A stretch of 64,000 nt of DNA, taken from an uncultured cyanobacterium. Its GTDB lineage: Bacteria > Cyanobacteriota > Cyanobacteriia > Cyanobacteriales > Nostocaceae. The notes under the pieces were generated by a model. The model worked only from the letters and a program-made list of their open reading frames with translations. It had not been told where the DNA came from and searched no databases. Shown piece after piece: positions 43,409 to 52,968 of the stretch. The stretch spans positions 2,976,001-3,040,000 of the forward strand of contig CAVUDP010000002.1 of NCBI GenBank assembly GCA_963740315.1, read 5' to 3'. Position 1 is the first letter of the stretch. Each line of letters starts with the position of its first letter. Position numbers and translations under genes: made by a program.

Positions 43409-44203
43409 CTGTTTTTTATTACACCAGCATTTTCGGTTAGATAGAAAACAATTTTATATTGCCTTTGTTACTTTAAGGCTGAAAGTTTAAGAATAGGTAA
43501 GCATTTTATAAAAAGTAAGTTAGTTTACAAAGTCTTCTTAGTGCCTTTTTTTCTTTCTTACTCGCAAAAATCTCAGTAATTTACCTCTGTATCTTGCTGA
43601 GAAAGTTGTGTCTATTTAAACAGATGATTATTCAAAGTGTCAAATATTTTTCATCTTTTATTTGTTTTATTTAGAGACAAATAATCTAGGTATAATAAGC
43701 TTTTCAGAAAATATAATCTAATTGTATTTTCTGATTCTTTTGTTGTTATTAAACTAGTATTTATATTTACATTAAAAGCAAAACTATGTATCATATATTA
43801 CTTAATTGTTTTAATTAATAAGTCAAGATGTAATTCCTAATGTTTTATTTTTAACTATCATTTTTGCGTGTATTTGAGTTTCAATTCAACAGCATCAATT
43901 GTTCTTCGAGTGCTGTATTCAAGTTAAAGGGAAGCGATCGTTACCCAATCGAGGCAGTAGGGGGAGAAAAACTATGTCGGGAGTAAAGGCTCGCTACGAT
44001 TTTGATTATGGACAAGAAAATAGTCATACTAAATCCATCTAAATGCTTATATTTGAAAGTGGTTATGGAAATAGTACTCGTATATAAGAAGTCAACGGAG
44101 TGCGTTAACGGAGACTGTCCGGTAGGACATACGTCTCGCTCGCTGGTATCAATTAGCGAGCTAGAAGCTTGCACTACGCAAACTCCTCAAAACTTATGTG
44201 GTG

Positions 44204-44575
44204 GACCAATAGTAAGTAGTGCGTTTCATTAGTTTTGACGGGTAAAAAGGTTCGTAGTAAGGACTTCAGTCCCTCCGGATTTGGGGCTCAAGCCCTTACT
44301 ACAAACCTATCAGAATTAATGAAAAAGACCAATAGTATTCCGCCACGTTAATTTTGATGGGTAATAAGGTTCGTAGTAAGCGCTGTCTTCGCCTCATATT
44401 AACGAATTCGGAGGGGCTAAAGCCCTTACTACAAACCTATCAGAATTAATGAAAAAGACCAATAGTGCTCTGTGCCATTAATTTTGACAGGTTCTACGTG
44501 TCGGCATCGGTTCCCTAAATCCGAGCGAAGACGGCGCTTACTACGAACCTTGATTACCCTCAAAACTAATGGGAC
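44204..44575. repeat. Array of three ~125-bp nested palindromic units (two direct, one inverted)
   Basis: gaccaatagt at 44204/44327/44457; 47-bp identical segments at 44290-44336 and 44420-44466. Confidence 0.8.
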
Positions 44576-44779
44576 ATATGCCTTAGCACCAAACATCAAA
44601 AAATCTCTTCCTCCCCATCCCCGCTTGCAAAAAGGGATTTCTAGGAAAAAGAGATTTTTAAGTATAATTCCTCCCTATATCCAAGATTTGGGAGAAAAAT
44701 TATTTATAGCAGCAATTGATAATTAGAATTTTTCCGTCTACTGCTGACGATAAACCAGTTTTTAATTATAAAGAAAAAA

Positions 44780-45466
44780 TTAAGAACGCTGCCCTGTAAC
44801 TATATATGCCACTCTCTTACCAATGTTGGTTGCGTGATCTGCCATCCGTTCTAAACAACGAATTGCTAATGCTAACAGTACAATCGGTTCTACTGAGCCT
44901 TGGACATCTCGCTGATTTGTTAAAATATCGTAAACTCTTTCATAAGCTTCATCTACAGCATCATCGAGTGATTTGATGCTGTTTGCACCAATTTCATCCA
45001 AATCAGCTAACGCTCCCAAGCTAGTTGCTAACATTGCTTGAGCGTGGCGAGACATTACCGCCACTTCTGGTATGCAGGAATGAGGCTCGTAGGGAAAGAG
45101 TTTTACAGCTATTTCGCTTAAATCTTCAGCATAATCGCCAATGCGTTCTAAATCGCGCACTAGCTGCATAAAAGCACTTAAACAACGCAAATCTTGCTCT
45201 GTCGGAGAATGCACCGTCATAATCGCCGTGCATTCGGATTCGATTTCCTTATAATATCGGTCTATTTTCTGTTCCAATAAGGGCAATTGTTCCACAACTG
45301 ATAAGTCAGGTGCAAACAATGCTTGGTGCGAGAGGCGAAAAGATTGTTCTACCAAAGCACCCATACGCAAAATATCCCTTTCTAACCGCCTGATGTCGCG
45401 TGCTAGTTGAGGTCTTGCAAAATTAGGACGAGTTAGGATAGCTTTCACGCTTGTAGTCTCAAACAT
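44780..45466 (-). CDS. phoU: Phosphate signalling protein PhoU/SphU
   Basis: DLERIGDYA and LERMADHATNI repeats. Confidence 0.95.
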   Translation of the reverse strand: MFETTSVKAILTRPNFARPQLARDIRRLERDILRMGALVEQSFRLSHQALFAPDLSVVEQLPLLEQKIDRYYKEIESECTAIMTVHSPTEQDLRCLSAFMQLVRDLERIGDYAEDLSEIAVKLFPYEPHSCIPEVAVMSRHAQAMLATSLGALADLDEIGANSIKSLDDAVDEAYERVYDILTNQRDVQGSVEPIVLLALAIRCLERMADHATNIGKRVAYIVTGQRS

Positions 45467-45478
45467 GAAGTGATTTTC

Positions 45479-46792
45479 TTAAATATAATCTTGAGTTACG
45501 GACTTTGCCATCACCCGAGGGAGGTGAATTTGTAGCCAAGCACCACCTGTTTGTGGATGATTCATAGCTTTGATAGTTCCCCCGTGAGCGGTTAAAATTT
45601 CATTAACGATAGCCAATCCTAAGCCGCTTCCATCCAAAGTTGAATCTCCCTCTCCTTTTATAGAGCGGGAACGTGCTTTATCTCCTCGGTAAAATCTCTG
45701 AAATATGTGGGGTAAATCTTCTTGAGCAAAACCTACGCCGGAGTCTATAATATTGATTTCGAGTAATGGGCTATCAGGCTCGTTTCTATTTTTATTACTA
45801 TCTAAATTTAGATTAACATTAGCTTCCACCCGGATGACTCCGCAAGGAGGACTGTATTTAATACTGTTATGAAGTAAGTTGAAAAAAACTTGATAAAGTC
45901 GGGATTTATCGGCATTAATCCATGCATTATCAACGCCAGTAAGAGCAAGTTGAACTTTTTGGCGCTGCGCGATTAGTTCCAAACTTTCCCAAACTGAGTT
46001 TATTAAATCTTTTATTTCCAAAGGCTGACAATTTAACTGAGTCGCGGGGTTTGTTTCAAGTCGAGTTAAGTCAAGCCAACTTTGTACTAGCTCAATCAGT
46101 CGGTCAACTTCCTTTAGAAGCCGGTTAATCCAGCGATTAAAAGGTGGATCTATACGGTCTTGTAAAGTTTCCACAACCAAACGAATCGAAGTTAATGGCG
46201 TTCTGAGTTCGTGGGCTAAGTCTGAAAAAGCGCGATCGCGGGCTTGGCTCATTTCCAATAGCTGCTGACGATTTTCCAGAAATACTCCTACTTGACCCTG
46301 GGGTAAAGGCAAGCCGGTAGCCCGCAAAACCACAGATTTCTGTTGTAACATTGCTTCAGCATTCTCACAAGAGGGGTGAAACACCCACTCCCTCTGTTGA
46401 GAAGAATGGCGATCGCGAGTTTTTTCGATTAAACGATCGAGTTCGTAAGAACGCACTACCTCTAGCAACAAGCGTACTTGTCCGGGTTGCCATTTTTGCA
46501 ATGACAAGATTTGACGGGCGCTTTTGTTGCACCAAAGTAATTGATTTTCTTCGTCAACTTGTAAATACCCTAGAGGGGCGAGTTCTAACACATTTTGTAA
46601 TGAAAGCAGTTCTTGCTCTAAGCATTGCTGCTGTTCTCTCAATCTGGCAAACTTATACCGCCATCCAACAAGAACAGACTTTCTATTTGAATAGTCTAAA
46701 CGTCCGAAATAGCGGTGGAACTGTATCGAATACCAGATCCACAAACAGATGCTTAACCCTAAACCGATAAAAATTCCCAGTAACAGCATCAC
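45479..46792 (-). CDS. sphS: Phosphate sensor histidine kinase SphS/PhoR
   Basis: AHELRTPLT, NLLHNSIKY, DSGVG, GSGLGL; operon context. Confidence 0.9.
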   Translation of the reverse strand: MMLLLGIFIGLGLSICLWIWYSIQFHRYFGRLDYSNRKSVLVGWRYKFARLREQQQCLEQELLSLQNVLELAPLGYLQVDEENQLLWCNKSARQILSLQKWQPGQVRLLLEVVRSYELDRLIEKTRDRHSSQQREWVFHPSCENAEAMLQQKSVVLRATGLPLPQGQVGVFLENRQQLLEMSQARDRAFSDLAHELRTPLTSIRLVVETLQDRIDPPFNRWINRLLKEVDRLIELVQSWLDLTRLETNPATQLNCQPLEIKDLINSVWESLELIAQRQKVQLALTGVDNAWINADKSRLYQVFFNLLHNSIKYSPPCGVIRVEANVNLNLDSNKNRNEPDSPLLEINIIDSGVGFAQEDLPHIFQRFYRGDKARSRSIKGEGDSTLDGSGLGLAIVNEILTAHGGTIKAMNHPQTGGAWLQIHLPRVMAKSVTQDYI

Positions 46793-46836
46793 AAATCGTT
46801 AGTTGTTTTGGGACAAAGGATAATGATAACGAACAA

Positions 46837-47586
46837 TTATCCAAAGCGATACCCGAAACCCCGAACCGTAACAATATATTCCGGGCGGGAAGGCTCTTGC
46901 TCTAACTTTTCTCGCAACCAGCGGATGTGAACGTCCACAGTTTTGCTATCTCCAACAAAATCTGGTCCCCAAACTTGGTCGAGCAACTGCTCTCGCGACC
47001 ATACGCGGCGAGTGTAACTCATAAATAGTTCCAGTAAACGGAATTCTTTAGGCGATAAGTTTACTTCCTCGTCACGAACTAATACGCGGCATTCTTGAGG
47101 ATATAAAGTAATTTCTTTATAATTTAGCACCAGTGGTTCAGTAGTTGTACTGAGGCGCTGGCGGCGCAATAAAGCTCGACAACGTGCTACCAATTCCCTC
47201 ATACTAAAGGGTTTAGTCAGGTAGTCATCCGCTCCCACTTCTAATCCTAAAACGCGATCGGTTTCGCTACCTTTGGCACTCAGCATTAAAATTGGTACTG
47301 GGTTTCCTTGATGACGCATTAAGCGACAGATATCTAACCCATTAATTTGAGGCAACATTAAATCTAAAATAACTAAATCGAAATTAGCCTCATTGTTTGC
47401 TTCAACATTTTGAAGTTGTTCTATGGCTAAACGTCCGTTAATTGCAGTTTCTACCTCATAGCCTTCTTCTTCCAATGCCAAAACCAGCATTTCCCTGATT
47501 AATTCTTCATCCTCTACTATCAGAACACGATTTTTTTGTCCGATGTCAGCCGCGCGAGCATACTTCGTGGATTCGTTTGTATACAT
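46837..47586 (-). CDS. sphR: OmpR-family response regulator SphR/PhoB
   Basis: LDLMLP, GADDYLTKPF, TVDVHIRWLR; operon context. Confidence 0.9.
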   Translation of the reverse strand: MYTNESTKYARAADIGQKNRVLIVEDEELIREMLVLALEEEGYEVETAINGRLAIEQLQNVEANNEANFDLVILDLMLPQINGLDICRLMRHQGNPVPILMLSAKGSETDRVLGLEVGADDYLTKPFSMRELVARCRALLRRQRLSTTTEPLVLNYKEITLYPQECRVLVRDEEVNLSPKEFRLLELFMSYTRRVWSREQLLDQVWGPDFVGDSKTVDVHIRWLREKLEQEPSRPEYIVTVRGFGYRFG

Positions 47587-47799
47587 TGACTTGCAAAAAT
47601 ACGAGGATTTTCCTTGTAACTGTTGAGTGGTACGTTCTGAGTAAATTTACTTCGTTCGGAGCGCAATTATTTGTTTAATAAAAAATGTAACATATGTAAC
47701 AGCGGCAACTTTATTATAAAACACTACCGTAAAAAGCAGTTAAAAACTAGCGACTGCTTTACTTTTTTTTGTAGTTTCACAACATATTCGGATTAGTTC

Positions 47800-47849
47800 T
47801 TGACAAAAGTAATTTTACTCAACTACTATATTAATAGTACATATGTACT
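47800..47849 (+). promoter_or_regulatory. Sigma70-type promoter with overlapping LexA-type operator
   Basis: TTGACA 47800-47805, TACTAT 47824-47829, perfect palindrome AGTACATATGTACT 47836-47849 matching RGTAC-N3-DGTWCB. Confidence 0.7.
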
Positions 47850-47873
47850 CAAGTCCAGATTTCAAAATACTTT

Positions 47874-48018
47874 CGGACAAGACAATCTCCAGCCGTTGTA
47901 TTTAGAGCAGCCTTCTTGACGTAAGTGGCGGAACTATTTCGGAATTTCCACCGCGCTAAGGATTATGTCTAAAAGGCTACACTAATAAACAGCAAGGAGT
48001 ATGTCTTTGTGATGTCCG
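47874..48018 (+). ncRNA. Candidate rod-like structured RNA or 5' leader, family unknown
   Basis: Eight nested helices paired by hand (see findings). Confidence 0.5.
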
Positions 48019-48060
48019 TCTTTAAGGAAATCATTAAACATACTTAAAAGGAGTCAAAGG

Positions 48061-49041
48061 GTGAATACAGTTGCAGCAAAGGATAGCAAGCAACAATTGA
48101 TGCAAGCATTCGAGCAAATTATTGCAGAAAAGCAAAAGCTAGATTCAAAAATTGCTACCAAGCAGGAGGAAGCCGAAAAGGAGAAAGACAAGGAAATTTT
48201 AGCCGCAGCTTCGGCATATACCGTTGATGGGATTGTCAAAGGTTTAGCCGATTTACAGTTAGAGTTTGGTAACATCGTTAACGAGCTTTCTGAAAAGCTG
48301 GCTAATCAAAACTCCAAGTTAGACGAGTTAAACCGGGCAATAGAAGTTGAAACTCGGTATTTGCAGGAATTACAGAAAATAAGGGTTGTTGCAGATACTC
48401 TGGATGTTTTAACTCAAGAGCATCAAGAGAATTTAATCAAAATAGAAGCAGATATTACTAAGAAAAGAGAAGCATTAGAAAAAGAGAAGCAGCAAATACT
48501 CAAAGAGTGGGAAAAAGAACAGGCTAAATTTGCTTTATCTGAAGAAGAATACAACGAATTATTAACTAAGAATCGCGAAAAAGAAGCAGAAGAGTATCAA
48601 TATAAGTTAGAAGATTCGCGAAAAATCAACCAAGATAGCTACCAAGAAACAAAGCGTCAATTGGAAAGGGAACTGATTCAAGCTACTCGCGAGAAGGAAA
48701 AAGACTGGGTAGAAAGAGAGAGAATTAATCAACAGCGTCAACGTTTATTAGAAGAATATCAACAAAAAGTAGCAACTTTCCCGGCTGAGTTAGATACAGC
48801 AATTAAAAAATATAGAGAAGACGCAATTAAAGATACTTCTGGGAAAGCCAAAGTTGAAGCCGATTTATTCGAGAAAGAATGGGAAGGTAGCAAGCAAAGC
48901 TACGATTTAAAAATTCAATCTTTAGAGCAGACTATTGAAAGACAAAACGCGCAGATTGAAAGTATTTCCAATCAATTACAAGAAACCTTGAAGCAAGCGC
49001 AAGATTTAGCGATGAAAGCTTTTGGAAATTCTGCTAAGTAG
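48061..49041 (+). CDS. zicK: Coiled-coil-rich protein, probable ZicK (Alr4504) orthologue
   Basis: All-helical E/K/Q-rich; AAGGAG RBS; divergent from sphR as recalled for the all4503-alr4504-alr4505 order. Confidence 0.7.
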   Translation: MNTVAAKDSKQQLMQAFEQIIAEKQKLDSKIATKQEEAEKEKDKEILAAASAYTVDGIVKGLADLQLEFGNIVNELSEKLANQNSKLDELNRAIEVETRYLQELQKIRVVADTLDVLTQEHQENLIKIEADITKKREALEKEKQQILKEWEKEQAKFALSEEEYNELLTKNREKEAEEYQYKLEDSRKINQDSYQETKRQLERELIQATREKEKDWVERERINQQRQRLLEEYQQKVATFPAELDTAIKKYREDAIKDTSGKAKVEADLFEKEWEGSKQSYDLKIQSLEQTIERQNAQIESISNQLQETLKQAQDLAMKAFGNSAK

Positions 49042-49097
49042 AAAGTAGATAATTCGGGAATAAAGATTCAAACTACACATTTTCTTGGAGTATTATT

Positions 49098-50177
49098 ATG
49101 CCTGCGAATAAAATTAATCAAAGAAACACCAAAAATGAAATTTTAGAAGCTTACGATGAGTTGACGAAAGAAAGGTTAGAACTAAAATCGCAAGTAGATA
49201 AACTTGTAAAAGCTAGCAATTCTGTCAAAGCGGATAATTTTAAAACAACTGACAAAACACCTGTAACTCAATATTCTAAAGTGCAGCAGAAAATGAATTT
49301 TACTATTGAAAGTTTAGCAAAAATTCAATTAGGCTTTGGTAGCGCTGCAAATGAACTATCAGAACAGCTGACTACAAAAGCATCAAGATTAGCAGAAATT
49401 AAAGAAATTGTAGAAGAACAATTAGAGCAACTACAGCAACTGCACGATTTAGAAGTTACTGACGATACTTTAGATAATTTGATTCAAAGCTACGAAGAAA
49501 ATAACTCGGCTTATCAAGAAGAATTTGACCAAGTTTCCGAAACATTAAATCAAGAAATACAAGAATTAAAAGAAGCTTGGCAAAAAGAACAAGAGGAATA
49601 TCAGCGCAACATTAAAGAAAGAAATGAAAATCTAAATAAAAATCGTCAGCGAGATACTTCGACATATAAGTATGATTTAGAACGAGAACGTAATATAGAA
49701 GTAGACGAATACGAACAGCAGCAGAAAGAATTGTATAGAGATTTAGATGAATTTCAGCAAGAAACTGAAAAACAGTGGAACGAAAGAGAAAAAACAATTT
49801 CGGAACAAGAAAAAATCTTTGACGAGTTAAAAGTTAGAGTAGAAGCTTTTCCTCAGCAAAAAGAAGCAGCTATTAGAAAAGCGATAGAAGAAGGTAAAGG
49901 TATTGCTCATTATCAAGCTAAAATCAAAGCCAATTTACTTGGTAAAGAAGTAGAAGGACAAAAAGCTTATTACGAACAAAGAATACAGTCTTTAGAACAA
50001 ACAATTACCAATCAAGAAACAAGGGTTCAAAGCCTTTCTAAACAGCTTGATTCAGCCTTGAAGCAAGTACAGGATTTAGCTGTTAAAGCTATTGAGGGTT
50101 CTGCAAACGTTAATTCATATCAAGCGATAAAAGAAATTGCTTTGGAACAAGCTAAAAGTCCGATGAAAAATAAATAA
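49098..50177 (+). CDS. zacK: Coiled-coil-rich paralog, probable ZacK (Alr4505) orthologue
   Basis: Shares QL.FG...NELSE.L, V..FP and IQSLEQTI...QDLA.KA with the upstream gene. Confidence 0.7.
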   Translation: MPANKINQRNTKNEILEAYDELTKERLELKSQVDKLVKASNSVKADNFKTTDKTPVTQYSKVQQKMNFTIESLAKIQLGFGSAANELSEQLTTKASRLAEIKEIVEEQLEQLQQLHDLEVTDDTLDNLIQSYEENNSAYQEEFDQVSETLNQEIQELKEAWQKEQEEYQRNIKERNENLNKNRQRDTSTYKYDLERERNIEVDEYEQQQKELYRDLDEFQQETEKQWNEREKTISEQEKIFDELKVRVEAFPQQKEAAIRKAIEEGKGIAHYQAKIKANLLGKEVEGQKAYYEQRIQSLEQTITNQETRVQSLSKQLDSALKQVQDLAVKAIEGSANVNSYQAIKEIALEQAKSPMKNK

Positions 50178-50195
50178 ATTGGGAATTGGGAGAAG

Positions 50196-50228
50196 AGAAA
50201 CCCGGTATCTTGAAGATACCGGGTTTCT
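50196..50228. terminator. Strong hairpin after the coiled-coil operon (repeat family)
   Basis: AGAAACCCGGTATCTT-G-AAGATACCGGGTTTCT; relative at 56441-56472. Confidence 0.65.
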
Positions 50229-50328
50229 GGTTTATTCGAGGTAATTAAATAGGAAGAGAGGTAATTCAACGGGAAGAGACGTAATATATTACGTCTCTTC
50301 ATTAGTATTAATATGTTTATATAATTAA

Positions 50329-50463
50329 TTAGGCTTGATTATTGTTATTAGTTTTTTTTGCTTGTTTCCAATCACTTACATACTGTAAAAAACCGATTTC
50401 TCTTCTTTTTGGTGGTCTACCGTAGTCAGCGGGAACTTTTTTTCTTTTTCTTGCCCAAGTCAT
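50329..50463 (-). CDS. Putative 44-aa basic small protein
   Basis: MTWARKRKKVPADYGRPPKRREIGFLQYVSDWKQAKKTNNNNQA with AAAGGA RBS; below the ORF-track cutoff. Confidence 0.45.
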   Translation of the reverse strand: MTWARKRKKVPADYGRPPKRREIGFLQYVSDWKQAKKTNNNNQA

Positions 50464-50982
50464 AATTTTTATCCTTTTGGTTTGTTTGGTTTTCGTTGTC
50501 TCTATATTTGACTACATTGGCTTTTATTTGATTCCAGAAAACTTAATTTTTTTATTTTAATTACACTTTATAAAGATAAAAACAGAGACGCATTTACAGC
50601 CTCTCTGAATAGGAAACCCAATATCTGAAAATTATGAATATTAATATTCAAAGTTTTTAAAAACCGATGCCGGGATATATATTTATTTATAATTAAATCC
50701 GAGCTTTGATAAAAACGCGCTGCGTAGAAGTAATTCCCTACGACTTTGAATACAGTAGTAATAATGATGAATCCGGAAAATTGATGAATTAATTTTTTAT
50801 TTGCATATTCCGAACCTCTCTAGATGCGGAGATAGCTTTGTAGGGAAGGGGTTGGGTGTTAGGTTTTCGAGAGTTGGAGTTCACAGTACAATATTTTTCA
50901 AACATCCTACAAATATTAAAAAACCCGCTTTTCTATAAAAAACGGGTTGCTGAAAATTACTAAATAAAGAACTATATAGTTA

Positions 50983-51753
50983 TTAAGCGAAAGTAGAAAA
51001 GCCATGAGGTGGTATATCTTGAATGCGCCCATCACCTACCGCTCGTACTGCTTCACGAAGAGAAATATCCTGAGTATACAAAGCACGTCCAACGATCGCA
51101 CCAGTTACACCTTGCGGTTCCAATGCTAATAAACTTAATAAATCTGTTACCGAACTGACTCCACCAGAAGCAATAATGGGAATATCAATAACAGCAGCCA
51201 GTTCCCGTAAAGCGTCTAAATTAGGTCCTTCAAGAGTACCATCGCGGTGAATATCGGTGTAAATTATCTCTGCTGCTCCAAATTCTTGCATTTGTACCGC
51301 GAGTTGCGTTGCTAAAACGGATGAAGTTTCTAACCATCCGCGAGTTGCAACTTTACCGTTACGAGCATCAATACCAACGATGATTTTTTGAGGAAATTCT
51401 TCAGCAAGTTGTTGGACTAATTGGGGTTGTTCAACAGCAACCGTTCCCAAAATTGCCCACTCCACACCAATATTAAATAGTTGTTGTACGCTTTCCCTGC
51501 TACGCAATCCGCCACCAACTTCTACAGGTACCGAAACTGCATTCACAATAGTTTCAATTGCGGACAAATTGACAACTTCACCGGCTTTTGCCCCATCTAA
51601 ATCGACAACGTGTAACCTCGTCGCACCTTGTTCAACCCATTTTTTGGCAATATCAGCAGGGTTTTCGCTGAATACTTCGGATTTTTCATAATCACCTTGA
51701 TAAAGTCGCACGCAACGACCTTCTAATAAATCTATCGCTGGAATTACTTGCAT
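50983..51753 (-). CDS. hisA: ProFAR isomerase
   Basis: [35 protein letters not shown]. Confidence 0.97.
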   Translation of the reverse strand: MQVIPAIDLLEGRCVRLYQGDYEKSEVFSENPADIAKKWVEQGATRLHVVDLDGAKAGEVVNLSAIETIVNAVSVPVEVGGGLRSRESVQQLFNIGVEWAILGTVAVEQPQLVQQLAEEFPQKIIVGIDARNGKVATRGWLETSSVLATQLAVQMQEFGAAEIIYTDIHRDGTLEGPNLDALRELAAVIDIPIIASGGVSSVTDLLSLLALEPQGVTGAIVGRALYTQDISLREAVRAVGDGRIQDIPPHGFSTFA

Positions 51754-51759
51754 TTTAGA

Positions 51760-51898
51760 AGTTAGTTGTTAGTTGTTAGTTGTTAGGGAATTGGGCATGG
51801 GAGAGGGGGTAGAGGGGGTAGAGGGGGTAGATTAAATAATTTAAAACTTATAACTTATAACTCCTAACTCTTAACTCTTAACTCTTAACTCCTAACTC
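51760..51898. repeat. STRR-type heptamer/nonamer tracts
   Basis: ttagttg, agagggggt, taactct runs; more at 52203-52345, 52700-52772, 57395-57535, 60313-60398, 60680-60730. Confidence 0.8.
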
Positions 51899-52195
51899 TT
51901 AACCTTTAACCTTTGACCTATTAATTATTGCTTGACGAAAGCCTATTACAACTAAAATATTTGACAGTGTTAAAAATACTTCTGCGCTTCCATGTAACCA
52001 ATCGACGTTTGCTAAGGATTTACCGTAATGCACTTGGGAATAAATACCTGCTGGAATGGTGACGGCGACAAAAATAAGGAGTGCGTAAAATCCATAGAGG
52101 GCTAATTTTGGGGTTTCAGGGGTACGAGTGATATACCACAAGAAACCTAAGTAGGGAAATAATGATAAGGCGAATAGGGTTTCTTTGGAAATCAT
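51899..52195 (-). CDS. DUF3593-family membrane protein
   Basis: LFALSLFPYLGFL, LANVDWLHGSAE. Confidence 0.85.
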   Translation of the reverse strand: MISKETLFALSLFPYLGFLWYITRTPETPKLALYGFYALLIFVAVTIPAGIYSQVHYGKSLANVDWLHGSAEVFLTLSNILVVIGFRQAIINRSKVKG

Positions 52196-52357
52196 TTTCA
52201 ATAGTTAGGAGTTAGGAGTGAGCAGTGAGCAGTGAGCAGTGAGCAGTGAGCAGTTAGCAGTTAGCAGTGGGGAATTATAGAGTTTTGAATTATTTAATCT
52301 ACCCCCTCTACCCCCTCTACCCCCTCTCCCCCCTCTTCCCCATGCCCTTTTTTATAA

Positions 52358-52699
52358 TTATTCTGATTTTACAGCTTTTGCGGACGCGGGATTATCTGTA
52401 TCGCTATTTTTTGTGGAACGATATATCCACCAAGCTGCTGCGAATAGGGTAAAGTTACCAATTACTGTCATGCTGGCTTGCAGTGTTACGAGCCATTCGA
52501 GTGATTCGGAATTCTCGAAAAAGTGCCAGGTACAAGCACACATGGCGCTGACTAATGCTGGTAACATACCGAAAGACAAAGCCCCCCAAGCAGGATTACC
52601 TATGACTTCGCCGTATTTCCAGATTAACCATATCGCGGCAATCCATTCTATAACGCTGGAAATGTGAATTATCCAAGTGGGAATTGAAAGTGCGTGCAT
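52358..52699 (-). CDS. ycf49: Ycf49/DUF2499-family membrane protein
   Basis: MHALSIPTWIIHISSVIEW, SAMCACTWHFF. Confidence 0.88.
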   Translation of the reverse strand: MHALSIPTWIIHISSVIEWIAAIWLIWKYGEVIGNPAWGALSFGMLPALVSAMCACTWHFFENSESLEWLVTLQASMTVIGNFTLFAAAWWIYRSTKNSDTDNPASAKAVKSE

Positions 52700-52968
52700 A
52701 TCAGTTATCAGTGAACAGTGAACAGTGAACAGTGAGCAGTTAGCAGTTATCAGTTACCAGTTATGATTTCATAGTTTTTGACTGATAATTCATAACTTTT
52801 TTCTTCCCGCTCTTCCCGCTCTTCCCCCTCTTCCCCCTCTTCATATTTATGAAAGTTGTCGCGGAAGTATCTTGTGGTGTGTCGCAATTCGTGCAAAATA
52901 CAGTCAGGGTGGAGATAAATATTTTTGTTTCTCAATCTAAAATCTAAAATTTAAAATCCAAAATAATT

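Noticed and set aside
43470..43502. Pho box upstream of phoX
   Set aside because: Only one good half-site (CTTAAACT) plus weak neighbours; biologically plausible but not supportable from sequence alone
44204..44575. CRISPR array
   Set aside because: Period of about 125 bp, intervening sequences related to each other, one unit inverted and no cas genes nearby
43941..44726. ORFs 43941-44174, 44002-44232 and 44472-44726
   Set aside because: They overlap hairpins and repeats, and show no family motifs
47686..47701. NtcA site upstream of sphR (TGTAACATATGTAACA)
   Set aside because: GTA-N8-AAC mismatches the consensus and no matching -10 element was found
47874..48018. 6S RNA or retron msr-msd
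   Set aside because: No large central bubble and no purK neighbour for 6S; no reverse transcriptase in the window
48061..50177. Coiled-coil pair as wholly novel proteins
   Set aside because: Size and recalled gene order match the described ZicK/ZacK pair; only the upstream elements look unexplained
52203..52935. ORFs 52267-52452 and 52750-52935
   Set aside because: Largely translations of STRR tandem repeats
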